DNA of 63,568 bases, filler included, from Rhabdomonas costata (GCA_019059605.1; 56 parts of 56 records of this genome joined end to end with filler, not necessarily neighbours in it), one strand, 5' to 3'; shown: positions 11,272-25,412, numbered from the whole stretch's first letter. The notes: generated by a model not told the origin, from the sequence alone. Made by a program: numbers and translations.

Positions 11272-13803
11272 CAAATCNNNNNNNNNNNNNNNNNNNNNNN
11301 NNNNNNNNNNNNNNNNNNNNNTTAATTAATTAANNNNNNNNNNNNNNNNNNNNNNNNNNNNNNNNNNNNNNNNNNNNGGTTGTTTTGGAATTGTCGTTGC
11401 TGCCCTTGAAACCCAAAAACCTTGTCCCATTTGTCTGCCAAAGCCCAGCAACGACAATTCCAAAAAAATCCGCAAAAGCCAAAAACGCAGTACTCAACGT
11501 TGGCGGTGCTAAACGTCTAACGCCCCCCTCCCTCCCAATACAATTATCCCTTGATATGAGTGGATATAACAGGTGGAGGGGTGGAGGGTGGGGATGCGTC
11601 TGGCGTCTGAAACCATACGTTGATGGCTCGAAACCATCCATTTCGGTAGGCAACTGGACGGTTTATCAAACGTCCCATGTCGGTTTGGTCCACCTAGACG
11701 CACCGGATCTTAAAATAGGAAAAATAATCCCTCAGAAAACGTTGCCGTGCGGTTTCCATGCTTCCGTTGGAACGTAGAGGTTTCAGCGTGGTGCGTGGTT
11801 GCAGCCATGTTACACGGTTTAGGCCACCACCACGTGCACAGTTTTTGCTGGAGACGGGGCGTCCCACACACCACATACACACTTTGTGCATTTGGCCAAG
11901 GTACCTTTTCTCCGGGGAAGACTATAGTTCTCTTCCCCAGGGCTCCACACACTCGATGGGGTATGAGCCCATCGGACCAAACACACAACTTTACAATACC
12001 CTCCCCCAGTCTCTCGATTACTCGAGAAAATCAAAATAAACTGAAGAGGGCTACGCCGAAGGCCAACAGCGAGAAAGGTCCTGGACAAAAAGGCAGGATG
12101 TCTGTCGTGCGGAGGGCATACGTTGCAGCCGGGGGGCCGTCGGTGGAGGAGGAAGAAGACGACGATGCCTGGAAAGCCTCGTGAAACCTTATTACCTGTG
12201 GGTGAGGTGCGGAAAAAGCTCCAGTTGCTTTCCAGACTTCCCCTCTCTCATAGTCGAGCATCCCAACTCAACAAACCCAATACGCAATGGTCGGCGAACT
12301 GGTATTCTTGACTGGAAGACTGTTTTTGCCTGGAAACGGGATCTGTAAATCCCATACATCCCATAAAATGAAGGAAGGCACCTAGCTCCGCTATCCGCGC
12401 TCAAGACAACACAAANNNNNNNNNNNNNNNNNNNNNNNNNNNNNNNNNNNNNNNNNNNNTTAATTAATTAANNNNNNNNNNNNNNNNNNNNNNNNNNNNN
12501 NNNNNNNNNNNNNNNGGGGGTTTGTGGAGAAGGGAACTTTTCCAGCTACCACCATCAGTTTGTGATCTTTATGATCCATTGAAAGGACTTTTTTGACCGT
12601 GGAACTATAACTCTTTAAACCTTGGGCAAGGAAGGCCCGGATACAGACGGCGTTGCGCCGAGCGCGCGGCGGCCTCAAGCAACGCAGGTGTAACCGCAAT
12701 ACTGTTGGAGCGTGGCCCGTGGTGTGGTTGTGGGGCTGCTTTCTTGAGCGGCGCCTTGAGGCCTTCTGGGTTGTGTGGTGTTCCGCTTAGCGCGGCTGGT
12801 TGAGGACTGTTCACGCACCCTATCTGGTGCACCGGGGCGCATGTAACCGGAAAGTGGGTTTAAATATCTGAACGTTCGACGCTTTCAATAGGCACTTGGA
12901 AGCGCAATTGCCGCCACCTCAATCAACCACATCAAAACCTGGAGACTGGAAATTTTGAAGGCTTGGCGCTAAAAAGCTCCAAAAAGTGGGCACGCACAGG
13001 CACAAACACGCACACGGACATTTTTCCGCTTTCCTTACCAACCAAACCATGCGCTTACAACGGTTCCAGCAAAACAGTGACATAATTACGAACTTTCTGG
13101 CACTCCATCTGCCCGAGGGCTGTTTTTATCATGAGGGGTAGTCCTCCCCGTGAAATTGCCCTTCCATTGTGTTCTTGCGACTTCCTCCCAACATTGACGG
13201 GCGAAGATGCATAATGAAAGCAAGTGACACCACCAAAGATAATGAATCGTGCGCAACGAATTCCAATATGAAACTTTTTCATGGTGACTTTCAAACGGTG
13301 GGCTTTTGGGGCGTTACTGTCAAACCGTAATTTCTACTAATACTACATTCTAAATTTACGGTGTAACCTGCTTTGCCCTTTCAGAATCCTTTTATTTTGA
13401 GTCTTTTCAAACGCTGAAGATGCAAGAGCCGGCGCGACACCGTTTTTGGATAACCGTTTGAGCCTAGAATTCACCTTTTCTGGCTAATTTAGTGGCAGTG
13501 GTGATGCAGAGTAATCGGTGTTCACAGGCTGTTCCGAATACCACACAACCCCNNNNNNNNNNNNNNNNNNNNNNNNNNNNNNNNNNNNNNNNNNNNTTAA
13601 TTAATTAANNNNNNNNNNNNNNNNNNNNNNNNNNNNNNNNNNNNNNNNNNNNGTTGTGGGGTAAACTGGGGGGGGGGCAAGCGATCGCGTTTTCTGTGTG
13701 CCGTTGTGCGCTGACTCTGTCGAGCAGTCGAACATACTTTTTATCATTAAGATTAGCACAGCGCCATCAGGACAGTGTGAGCTCCGTTGAGTGTGGGCCG
13801 CAG

Positions 13804-14553
13804 GCATCACAGCCTGGAAGCAGGGGGTTTGTTTTTCCACGGCATCACAGGCCACTGCGGATTCCCCGGAGTTGCCCCGGGTGGAGGTCATTTTCTACGA
13901 CGAGATGGGCCACGCCACAGTGTTCGGCGATGACATGCTTACCAGGCATATGGCTGGGGCCTCTCGTCGTCCTCCACTCCTTAGCATATGGCCACGCCTC
14001 CCTCACATTTTCTTTTACCTTTGTGCATTTTTGCATTGCAGTGAGAAGATCTTCTGTTCTCGTTTCTCCTCGGTGCACAACCTATCGCCCTGTGCCGTTT
14101 ACGTTAGGGTTGATTAAGTGACTGCATATGAAGGACATCACCAAAGCGTTGCCTCAACACTGATCCACCCACGACATGTGTGTGGGAGCCCACCACTTCC
14201 ACTTCTCTACCTTTATTCTTTTATTTTTAAACCACACTGGGATTGGGTTGAATGATTATCATCACACACACACGAGATCACATGTTCCCATCTCTCTCCC
14301 CCTCAGAGCCGTGGTAAGCGCTCGCCTGGAAGGCGCCCCGAACACGACTACCCTCACCGGGGCCACCACCATCGCGGTGTCCTCCAACGGCACGGCCGTG
14401 TTCACTGGGGTGCAAGTCAGCAGCCGCACGGCCATGACGTACACTGTGGTGTTCAGCATCTCCCTTCCCACCAGCTCTGTGGCCTCGCTGCCCAGGGCTG
14501 CGTTTCGCCCCATGGATACAGTCTGGTCCACCAGGGCCCAGTTCTCCGTGCAG
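13804..14553 (+). CDS. Surface protein with Ig-like (invasin/Big-like) domain, two exons (13804-13945, 14307-14553)
   Basis: VEVIFYDEMGH...AVVSARLEG..TTLTGATT..VSSNGTAVFTGVQVS...TYTVVF. The exons join in frame through a phase-2 GC..AG intron. Confidence 0.6.
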
Positions 14554-14789
14554 GTTCTCTCGCCTTGTTATCCTTTTTACACTGTCCATTGTCCTCATTG
14601 CACTTTTTCTCCCCCACCCTTCCCGCACTTATCCCCGTTTTTTTTTCCGCATGCTTGCCCGCTCAGTTAAACAAACCCGTGGACATTGANNNNNNNNNNN
14701 NNNNNNNNNNNNNNNNNNNNNNNNNNNNNNNNNTTAATTAATTAANNNNNNNNNNNNNNNNNNNNNNNNNNNNNNNNNNNNNNNNNNNN

Positions 14790-15324
14790 ATGAAGGGTGC
14801 TCGAGAAGCAGAGACAGTGTGTAGGAGAGTACTCCAATGGGCGCGAAAAGAAGTCGGTCGCATTGCGGGCCGATGGTACCCAGGCAATCTGGAAGCAAAT
14901 CTCAAACCGGAAACAAAGGCAGAATTTGCGTCGGAGAATGCGGGTGACTTGGGGAACCCAGCCAGAGGAAAGAGAGAGAGGGCGCATGCACGGCCCGTGG
15001 TGGTTGATAACATACACCGTTCGTGTGGGTGCCTGCTTTTGGGAAACCCGAGACAATGAAGAACCACAAAAATAAACGTTCACCTACGTACGGATTTCAG
15101 ACCGGCAATACTCTTCCAGATGGAACATGGCTGGTCCGCGCGCATACAGATGCACACACAACAACAAACGCACTAGAACTCGCCGCTGTCGGGGTAGCAC
15201 AGGGTCACCGCTGAGCTGAAGTTCCCATCTTGCCCGCAGTACACCAAAGGGAGGCCCAGCTCTGTGCTGTAGCCCTGAGCACAGGTCTGATTCAGCGCAG
15301 TGCAGTTCACCCATTCCGGGGGAG
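14790..15324 (-). CDS. Cys-rich extracellular protein, two exons (15324-15184, 14888-14790)
   Basis: PPEWVNCTALNQTCAQGYSTELGLPLVYCGQDGNFSSAVTLCYPDS (Sushi-like C..GY...C..DG.F), GCGAGT donor, phase-1 join to CLGTIGPQCDR... Confidence 0.5.
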
Positions 15325-15926
15325 CTGCACAGACACAAACAGACCCATGAGTCCGGTGTGGTTGTATGGAAATCCTTAATCTCCTGGGAACTCCCAATCG
15401 CAAGATTCCAGCAACCTTTCCCGGCAGCAACATTTCTTTCTCTTATTTTGCCTTGTGGTTGCTCTCTTTCGTCTCAAACGTGCACGCGATGCGAGAACAA
15501 CAGGACAAAAAGGGAGGTCCTCGGAACACCTGCACACGACAGCGATTGTGAAAAGCGTCACAATATGCGGATTGGTTTCTGTTCCCCGGCCCACACAAGA
15601 ACTGCACAAAACGTGAAAGGCATCCAATCTCCCGGTCTTGCCCACCTTGCAAAGTCCTACTAATACTCACCGTCACCGCCTCCAAACAGGAGCTTCTTCC
15701 CTCTTCATTTTCCTCGTTCTTCCCATCCTCACTCACCGCCCTGCTCTTGGCCACTATCTCCGTGAACTTTGCTCACATTCTCCTTTCAGTTTTCCCTGTG
15801 CTCGCGTCTGTCATCCCCCCCCAACANNNNNNNNNNNNNNNNNNNNNNNNNNNNNNNNNNNNNNNNNNNNTTAATTAATTAANNNNNNNNNNNNNNNNNN
15901 NNNNNNNNNNNNNNNNNNNNNNNNNN

Positions 15927-16963
15927 AAACCAACGATTCAGAATCCAATTCCGATATCGGAGAGACCTGAACCGACCAAACCACTCTTTGATACTCCAAC
16001 CCACCAATATAATCACAAAAGTGAACTTCTCGAGCCTCGAGCATCGCGCAACGGTCACTAGTGTAACGGCTTCTCCCCAAAAAAAAATATTATGAGCACC
16101 ACGCCGTGAGCAGCGTTCGCAGCGCGAAAAATTGCTTTCATTCTCCTTTGTGAAAGTGTTTCTTCCTAAGTTCCGCTGGCACCTCCACCCTTCGACCCTG
16201 AGAGCAGTGGCGCCCCCCCTCAAGCCCCAACGCGCCTGGTTGGGAAAGCTAAGGCCCTCCGGGCACTCGTCGTACAGCATTCGCAGGGTGGTGAGGCAAT
16301 CGGAGATCCGCTCGTTGTTCTGCTGCCCGCTAAACGCCGCGTTGTCGTCCACGTCGCACAGAATGTGGTCGCTGAGGATGAAGAACCGCGCCGCCATCTC
16401 CGTCACCTTCACCCGGGCCTCGGAGATGACCGATTGTACGCTGAACTCCTGGTCAGATGGAAAGCAACAAGCAAAGACGGGCGGGGAAGACCATTAATCA
16501 GATGTCGTCAGGTGGCGCTAGAAGCGGTGGGCTGAATTTTCAGGCTCGCAAACAACAACCACGCTCCAGATTTCATGTATTGAGAGATTTCCTGACACCA
16601 TTCACCCCTGGGCTTCCACTTTTCGATGGGGGCTTGTTGGTCCTGCGTGCCTTGTCTCTCTCTTGTCACGAAGCTTTCCCCATGTAAATCCGACCCACAG
16701 TGTACGTGGGGTCTTGGGAACCCCGACTGGGGCGTTCACAGGTCTCATTATGGGTTCGCGCTCGCACACTGCCGCCCACACACCACGGAGCCAGTGACAT
16801 CTCGGTCGTTCAGTGCACTTCACTCATATTAAAATGAAACCAACGATTCAGAATCCAATTCCGATATCGGAGAGACCTGAACCGACCAAACCACTCTTTG
16901 ATACTCCAACCCACCAATATAATCACAAAAGTGAACTTCTCGAGCCTCGAGCATCGCGCAACG
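15927..16963 (+). repeat. Exact 127-bp terminal direct repeat (15927-16053 and 16837-16963)
   Basis: The first and last 127 bases of the contig are identical, as expected for a k=127 assembly-graph loop. Confidence 0.92.
16236..16448 (-). CDS. SAC3/GANP-family protein, internal exon
   Basis: EFSVQ...KVTEMAARFFILSDHILC...FSGQQNNERISDCLTTLRMLYDE...FPNQ matches the SAC3/GANP domain. ccag| acceptor and GC donor; 71 codons. Confidence 0.8.
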
Positions 16964-19900
16964 NNNNNNNNNNNNNNNNNNNNNNNNNNNNNNNNNNNNN
17001 NNNNNNNTTAATTAATTAANNNNNNNNNNNNNNNNNNNNNNNNNNNNNNNNNNNNNNNNNNNNTTTTTTGGGGGCATTTTGAGAACTTTTTGATAACGCA
17101 CATTTCTGTTAGTAGTCTGAAAGTTTGAGGAGATCTTCCGCTGGGTTCGGAACGGCACGCGCCGCAGGAAGGCCCCAAAACAGGCTTCTCAAGGCATAGG
17201 TAAAGCTCGGCGTCAAGCTGGGAAAAAGGAAAATCGAGGCCGCAGAGAATCACCGCCCAACGCCCAAATTACACTGAAGCTGAAATAGTTTTCAGAGGCA
17301 AAAGGAGTGTCCAGGCTGAACACCCGGGCAATAAAAAAGGACAAAATGATGCTCTTGGCTCCTGGCAAACCGGCAACGCACGTCAAAGAGTTGAACACAA
17401 ACGACAGGCTTGTCTTAGTTTTGTGGTGGGAAGAAGAAAAAATGGGGGCTGGGCTTCAGTCAAAGGAATCAAAGAAATCACCCAAATGGATCGCCTCCTC
17501 ATAAGAGTGATAGAGTGAGATCATGAGAGTGATAGAGCCGGAAGAAATAGTCCAACAGAAACAAAATATCAGCCCTAAAAACCGGACACTGGACACGTTG
17601 GGAGCCGTCCGGTGCACAGCGCGCCTGCTGATTTGTCAAAGACTCACAACGTGAGTCTTCAAGATGATGGCACACCATGCCACTCCTCACATGTCCTCAG
17701 TAAGAGAAAACCACAGAGGAAGGGTAATCGCATAGTTTGCTTGACAACGCCAATTCAACCCCACCTCAAACGAAACATTTGTACCACCTTCATAATCACT
17801 TGATTTAGAAGCAAACGGGCAGGATCGCCTGTACACGGGGGGGGGGCATAGGAAGCGAAAACGCAAGAGGTCCCCACTTGGATCGCAAAGCAAACAAAAG
17901 CAATCCTAGTTCTAAAAATACCTAAAACGAGTCATGATAATGTATGAGTGAGCTCCGGGGTGAGTCTCGCTGTGTTTATAAGATGCACTGTGTGTAGGGT
18001 ATTCAGCTTTTCAGGGCAGATGAATCAACGGTCTCAATCCGTGCCAAACTGTGCCGAAGCAAACGACAGGAAGCACGCCCAGAAGAACGACGCCACGCTG
18101 NNNNNNNNNNNNNNNNNNNNNNNNNNNNNNNNNNNNNNNNNNNNTTAATTAATTAANNNNNNNNNNNNNNNNNNNNNNNNNNNNNNNNNNNNNNNNNNNN
18201 GGGGTGGGGGTCCCCACCACCCGTGCAGAGGAGCGCCCAGAAGCGGAAGTAGAAGTGGGTGCCGCGGCGTTGAAAGACATCGACGCACGCCGACGCTTCT
18301 TCGATCTGCGTGGGCTGGAAACTGGGGTGCGGACTAAGGGTGCCACAACCTTCAACCCTCACCAACGAGATTCTTATTCTAACGCTCTTATTCTAGTTGG
18401 GTTGAAGAGTGACCTCCTTAACGAAATGTGATGAGTCATAGGAAACTAACACAACATGAATTTCTTCTGCGTAGGTATTCCCCTTGGCTTCGTTCGTTCT
18501 CGGTCCGCATGTTGTCTTTTTTTCAATCTTTGCCAGTCCCCTTGCCATTTTTTCTGCGTAAACTGTACATAGTGCCTTTTGTTTTCTTCTTCTCCTTTTA
18601 TGTCGGCCCCCCGGTCCCCTGCTGTCCCATTTGCTTGTGCCCCACATTTCTACGCTCTTGTGTTCAAATGGCAATTGGACAATGTTCTGTTGAGCAACTG
18701 TGGTTATAGGAAAGCCAACGTAGACAGAAATGATCACCATCATCTCTGCGAAACTCGAAGAGCAACCTGCAATGTCTACTGATTCACGCCTCACAACAGG
18801 TCAACCCTTCCACGGCTGGGGCCGGGTCCTCCACCTTTTCAAAACCAAAGAAAGCTGTCGCTATATCCACAAAGTCTGTCCGTCCTCATCAAATCGCACA
18901 CTTTCAGCTGGGAAAAGAACGTGGATAAGGGAATAAGGATCTTCTCAGATGTATATCCATCCCTTTTCAGAAGCAAACCACAGCTGACAACAACTCCGCG
19001 GAATGTACAAACTGCTCGGAAGTTGCATCCACAGAGGACTCTTGCCGGTGGGCACGATTGGCACAAAGAAAAATAGCACAAACACTGGGAACCGCTTACT
19101 CGCAGACATATGACCGGCTTCCCCAAGAAGCGGCGCGGCACATTACAGGAGCTACGCCAAATTTGCCCAAGGATGGCGGCGACGGAGGCAGACAGGGAGT
19201 CGCAAACTCCAACGCTCGCTGTCCTTCCACCTCCCACNNNNNNNNNNNNNNNNNNNNNNNNNNNNNNNNNNNNNNNNNNNNTTAATTAATTAANNNNNNN
19301 NNNNNNNNNNNNNNNNNNNNNNNNNNNNNNNNNNNNNATGTAAAACTCTTTAGAGTTCTGGTTACTCTACAGTTTCCACTCCTACACGCGAGCAAGATAA
19401 AGTCATGAGAGAAAAATGGAACTTCGTCACGCACAAGAAACGTGCACATGAACACAGAAGCAACGTGTGTCATGAACAGTTGGTTTCTGTACCATGTCCA
19501 CACAAGAGCTGTATAGAATAAGATCACACCTCTCCCTCCAGTACTGTATACTTCTTACATCAACCTCCTTAAAGCTTGTGCTCTAGACACTAGTGTTCCT
19601 ACTTTTCCTGATCCTCATTGCTTGGAGGTAGCACCACTCGCATATAAGTTGGCAAGCAGATCATTGGCGCGCGGTACCATGCTTGAGGTAATCTCTCTGC
19701 CACATGAATCTCTCCTTATGGCGGATGGATGACAAAAGACCTCCAACTCCACCCCAGATAAACGTTCACGCATCAGAGCAGGCTCACGCGTATCTTTCCA
19801 TTACGGCAATGTTCTCACGTCTCAACTCTCGCCATGTGGATACGCTACACCACTTTCTTCACCGCGGCTTTGCTCCTTCAGTATAGACGCAGCTCAAGGA

Positions 19901-22900
19901 ACCTGGATAATCTGCCTGCCAGCTATCAAGGGTCCAGCGGCAGAAGCACCGCTCCGCGAGAAAGTACGGGCTCACTAAGCCTAGGCGCAGTTTCCTCGTC
20001 AGCGGATGAAAGTAAATTTGCCAGTAAATTGCAGAAGCTTCTGTGAACAGCTTGTCCGGATGGACTTCAGCGCCATTATACGCGCACGTTCTGGTGCAAA
20101 CCTGGGCTCTGCTGAACACCATGAACTTACAGGATGAACCAGAAGCCACGTGGCTGCTGCAGTGCGTCACGTTTTTGGAAGCAAACTTCCAATGTTGCGC
20201 GCGATGTAATGAGTTAACTACCTGAGTAACTTACCATCACAGTACGCTGCTTCTCTTGCGCTGAAGCACAGAATGTGTCGCAAATTACTATCTTTGAAGC
20301 AATAAGCGCAAACAACAGGCATGGGACCACAATCAATCACATCAGTGAGTAGAATGCCACAAACACCCAACACANNNNNNNNNNNNNNNNNNNNNNNNNN
20401 NNNNNNNNNNNNNNNNNNTTAATTAATTAANNNNNNNNNNNNNNNNNNNNNNNNNNNNNNNNNNNNNNNNNNNNGTGGGTGTTTGGGATAGAGTTGTAAA
20501 GGGTGTTCTGCGCTCCTGCGTTATTTTTTTTTGCCGTGTTACCTTTTCGCGGGGCTCTACCTTGGGTAGGGGGTGGTGCATTTCTTTCTTTCTTTCTTTC
20601 CTTTCTTCCCTGCTTGGATACAAAATGCAAGTGCACTTGCGGGGTGGGTCGTGTTTTTGGTCTGCTTGGTTTCAACTGTCTGTTAAGATTGGTCTGATTG
20701 TTTCGTTTCTTTCCTTTTCGTTCGTTGAGGTGCTGGTCCCCTTCTGCCTTGTGTACACAACCAACGCCACCTGCGGCAAAACTGAATAACCCAGGGAACA
20801 AGAGGATCACATTGTCGAAGTATGTAACCCCCCTGCTAAATCGCAATACAGGAGTCATACACACCGTCCTGTGAACCCCAATGACAAGCATTCCATCACT
20901 TTTGCAGGGGACTGACACTGGTATGACTCTCTATGTTGGAGGGGGGGGGTTACTAAAACTGATTTTGTGCCAGATAATCTGAGCTCTCCCACCAGAAAGC
21001 TTCTCAGGCGCTGGCCGAATCTTCGGGGAGTAGATGGTGCACTCCGCCTCCTGGAACAAACGATAAGACACCATGCGATCCGCACTGCCGCTCCGGGGTG
21101 TGCGACTCATTCAGAGTCTTGAAGCAAACACCAAAGCCAAAGAGAAGCCTCCATTGACCTTTACAGTGCATGGACTTGGACAGCAGGCATCTGACAATGA
21201 TATTTCGGTGGATCCAACATTAGAGGTGCCACCGAAGATGCGCAGACTGGCCAAGTTCAGTGAATAGCTGATGAGTGAGCACGCAAAGGTACGTGCACAC
21301 ACACATACACACCGTGCTTCGGGCCCCGGGAATCGCAGAGCCCTCCCTGGAGTACCCTATTGCCGGGGAGCCCCCACCCAGCACAGGGGACCCTCCGTAG
21401 CTCGTCCCTGCGGCCACGGAGTAGCCGTGGGCTGGAGGGTGGAAGACTGGGGAGCTGGAAGCCGCGGCGGCGGCAGCCTCCTCGGACAGCATTTTCGCTA
21501 GGCCCCCAACCNNNNNNNNNNNNNNNNNNNNNNNNNNNNNNNNNNNNNNNNNNNNTTAATTAATTAANNNNNNNNNNNNNNNNNNNNNNNNNNNNNNNNN
21601 NNNNNNNNNNNGGGGTTGGGTGGTACGGATACTGTCAAGCACCGAAGTTGGCTCGAATCCATATCACGGTCTAACACGCTGGTCTCGATTAGGGGTAGGG
21701 ATGAAGGCAACTCTGGCCCCACCCCAACGAGTACTTCCCCTGTGGAACAAGGGGGCCAGCAGGTGCCTGGTTGGGGACATAAGTTGCCTCAGCGCGCTTA
21801 ATTGGCCGGAGTCTCGTTCCGTAGTGAAACTTTGGATGCTACTGGAAAGGGTCAACCACGGGGCATTCTTTAGGCGCCCCTTTCCTCGGTTCATGGTAAT
21901 GCACTGCTTTCGGTCTCTTTTGCCTTTGAACACCATACCCCTCGTTCGGGTGTTGTTCCCTCACCTACTAGAGGAGCCGGCACTCGGGCTGCTGTAGGGT
22001 GTTCCCCCCAGTACCCCCTCACTACCGTTTAGGTGCTCTCTGGCATGGACACGTCGAGCGGGCGTTACTCAAAAAACCTGGTCGTCATCGTCATCGTCGT
22101 CGATGTGGTGAGCGCGCACAAACAGGGAGTATTGCTCCTTGTCTTGAGAATTTCTTGAGAATTGCATCAGACCGACAGGCGTATGGCCTGGAGATGATCC
22201 CATGAATGTACAGCATGTGCATCTGCCGCTAACCACACACACACACACACACACACAAACGCACAACAGTAGCAATAGCAGAGGCACACCCCAGGGGAAG
22301 CTTGAGGGGAAGCACCCGCTGCGGCGGCGACCACATCAGCGGGATGAGGCTGCGGGGCAGAAGCAGAAGCGGAAGACGAACAACAACAAAACAAGAAAAT
22401 GGTGCAACTTTTTGAACAGATGCAGCTTCAACTTAACTCCAAAGTAGCGGACGCACACAAGCACAAACGCGCAAAAAATGGAAAGAAGAGCGAGAGACAA
22501 TATCCCTGGAGTTCCAGAGGCATTGCCCGGAGCGATGGGATTAAACGGCTCTGGGGAACGTGACTTTCCCCCTAAATCTTGCAACCCTTCGAGTACAACA
22601 CAGATGGCTGCATATCGAAAATACGAAAACCGTTTCGTCCCACCCAACCNNNNNNNNNNNNNNNNNNNNNNNNNNNNNNNNNNNNNNNNNNNNTTAATTA
22701 ATTAANNNNNNNNNNNNNNNNNNNNNNNNNNNNNNNNNNNNNNNNNNNNGGGTGTGTGTATCGTGGCGGTCCATCACCCAGGAAGGAGATAGCCCACTTC
22801 CGATGGGGAGGACGTGGAAGAGTTCCTACCCGAAGACGCTCGGATGGTTCCACGGTTCCACATTCCATTAGAGAGGCTCCTCATACGTGGATGCCACACC

Positions 22901-24407
22901 ATCATCAAACCAGCGACCGCGTGCACGGTCACCCCCAAGCCATAAGATCAGAAGAACATCACATTCTTCGTCGCAAGCCACCGAAACGTTTGGAAGAGCG
23001 AAGACGAAGAAGCCCTCCACAGTCGCGATCAAAGACCCTGTGTCAGCGTCCCGTGTGGGAGCCCTCACTACCACCGTAGCGGAAACCATCAGCCACGTCG
23101 TCCCCCACATGACCAAACTAATCAGCTGATTTAGATCAAGCTAAGCTCCAAATTCTACTGTGAGCCTGTACAGCGAGCACGGTGGTGGAGCCTTCCGTGC
23201 AGCGCTCCCGAGAACTACAAGATCCAATCCCTAGGCGTAAATCACATTCATTATTCCGGCAGCCTGTGCACGTGGTGGAGCAAGCGTAACGATCAGTTAC
23301 AGTACCATTGTCACCACCACAGCGTTTTGCAGATTTAGATCAGCCGGAATAACAGGCTTCTTCACCATCACTTCCCACCTGTCCGTCAGTTGCGTAAGAC
23401 ACGACACGCATGGGCAAGAGAGCCCTCTATAGCCCTCTATCCTCCAGCCCTCTATAGCTCCGCAAAGCTTTCCAACAGGACATCCACATCTCAGGTCTTT
23501 TCTAAATAAATGGAAGCCTCAATTGAGCCAGCTACATGGTGAACATGATCAGTTTCATCGACTGCCATAGACAGCTGATCCGACCATCAGAGTGCAGAAA
23601 TGGGTTGTACGCTCGACTTCACGTTACCGACAATCGCATTTTGTTGGATAACCAGTTGATCGCAGACATCGACTCGCAGGTTCCAAATTACGCTGAGCTA
23701 CTCCAACAAGTCGAAGAAGAGTTTCGACGAATCCAGCAGGCAGACCATTGCAGTGCAGAGGCTCTCACACAAATTACACAAAGCAGNNNNNNNNNNNNNN
23801 NNNNNNNNNNNNNNNNNNNNNNNNNNNNNNTTAATTAATTAANNNNNNNNNNNNNNNNNNNNNNNNNNNNNNNNNNNNNNNNNNNNGGTTGGGTTTTTAA
23901 AAAATGCAGACTGGAAACGCCAAGAGAAAGACGTTTCACTGTCGCCAATGTGTCAAGCGCCGGAAAACTATTCTAGAATGTTGTCGAGTCATTGTCTTAT
24001 GTCGATGGTCCAGTTGGTACTGCCCAGGGGTATTTTTCAGCTCTCCAAACGCGCGCATAATCTTAATCTCTTCCTTTTAGTGACACAATTGAGGAATTAC
24101 GACCTGTGTCTGTGTGATGGCAGGGAAAAACCTTTCTTCAAAAAACTCCCGCCCGTATGCTCTGGAAAAGACACAAAGGCGCGGTCGCGCAGTCACGGTG
24201 TCCAGCATCAACGTGGCCACTGAGAAAGGGTTCGCGCAGGCGCATTACATGGGAGGCGTTTTCCGCACAGCCGGCAAAACAGAATAGTTTTGATTCTTGC
24301 GAGACCGGAATAGGCGGGAAAGCATCAGAGGTCGTCCTGTGCCATGCCAATGGTGTCAGATGTAAGCCACTGTGATGGGATGGTTGGCCCTTCCTAATTT
24401 CTGTCAG

Positions 24408-24632
24408 GGAGCACTGGCCCCCAAGGCGGTTAACGGCCGCGAGATCACTGCGTCGGAGCTCCTGCAGTTCATCAAAGCCTACGCGAAGGTCTTCCACGAC
24501 GCCGTGGAGCAGCACAGCAGCGGCGGGGTGGTATTCCCGGAGGCCCGCACCTTGCTTGCCGCGACGGCGGAGGCCAACAACCACAACGCCAGGGACGCTG
24601 CCTTCCGGGTTTACCGGTTGGATATGGACGCG
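24408..24632 (+). CDS. ATL: Atlastin-like dynamin-family GTPase, internal exon (end of GTPase domain and three-helix bundle)
   Basis: LAPKAVNGREITASELLQFIKAYAKVF...FPEARTLLAATAEANNHNARDAAFRVYRLDM has the atlastin K.ING..IT...KAY and ATAEANN motifs. AG/GT bounded; 75 codons. Confidence 0.82.
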
Positions 24633-25412
24633 GTGTGGGGGCGCCCCCTCCCCTCTCTGGCCGTTGCTCCGATTGCCTGGCCCTGGCGTGGGTTCTTTTT
24701 TTTTGTGAAATACATTGTGGCGGCTGTCGTGCCGTGAACCCTCCACTGCGTACTGCGTGGGGCAAGAAGCGGCGCAAAAGCGATGCCAAACAGCCGCCAA
24801 AGGGCACCCATAACCGGTCCAGATCCGACCGGTTACAGATCCGAAAAGCTTCACCCCAAGTTCCGGCCGCAGCGTTTGGAGAGGCCTTCTTTGTGCACAA
24901 AAGACCCAGTGCTACCAAAAACANNNNNNNNNNNNNNNNNNNNNNNNNNNNNNNNNNNNNNNNNNNNTTAATTAATTAANNNNNNNNNNNNNNNNNNNNN
25001 NNNNNNNNNNNNNNNNNNNNNNNGGTTGTGTGTCATATCCTCTTCATGAAACTGCGTCTCTCTCTCTCTTTTTTTTTTGCTTATTTTGCTTTTTTGGTGG
25101 CTCAGAACCGAAATAGCAGCAAAGACCAATGACGTCCCAGGCGAAAAGGCTAACTCAACAAAACTCCTGAGGGAAAAAACGGCAATTGTACTCAGCACAA
25201 CAAAAGGTGGTAATCTAAACGTGTCCACAGAGAAGCTCTGGATACGTAGCCTTTCCTTAGCAAAAGATGCAACCCCAACATGAATCCGGTTATCACCATC
25301 TGTCCAAACAATTCTTTGCAATCGGGTTCGTTTGGAGTCAAACGAAATTCCGATTCGAAACCCAGGTACTGGCAACTCGTCCCCATCCCCCTACTAGCTC
25401 TAAAAGAGGCAC

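Noticed and set aside
19859-20170. YWQIYFHP as a reverse-transcriptase motif
   Set aside because: The flanking RT motifs (LPFG, YxDD) could not be found.
23536-23786. Gag-like ORF
   Set aside because: No diagnostic motif.
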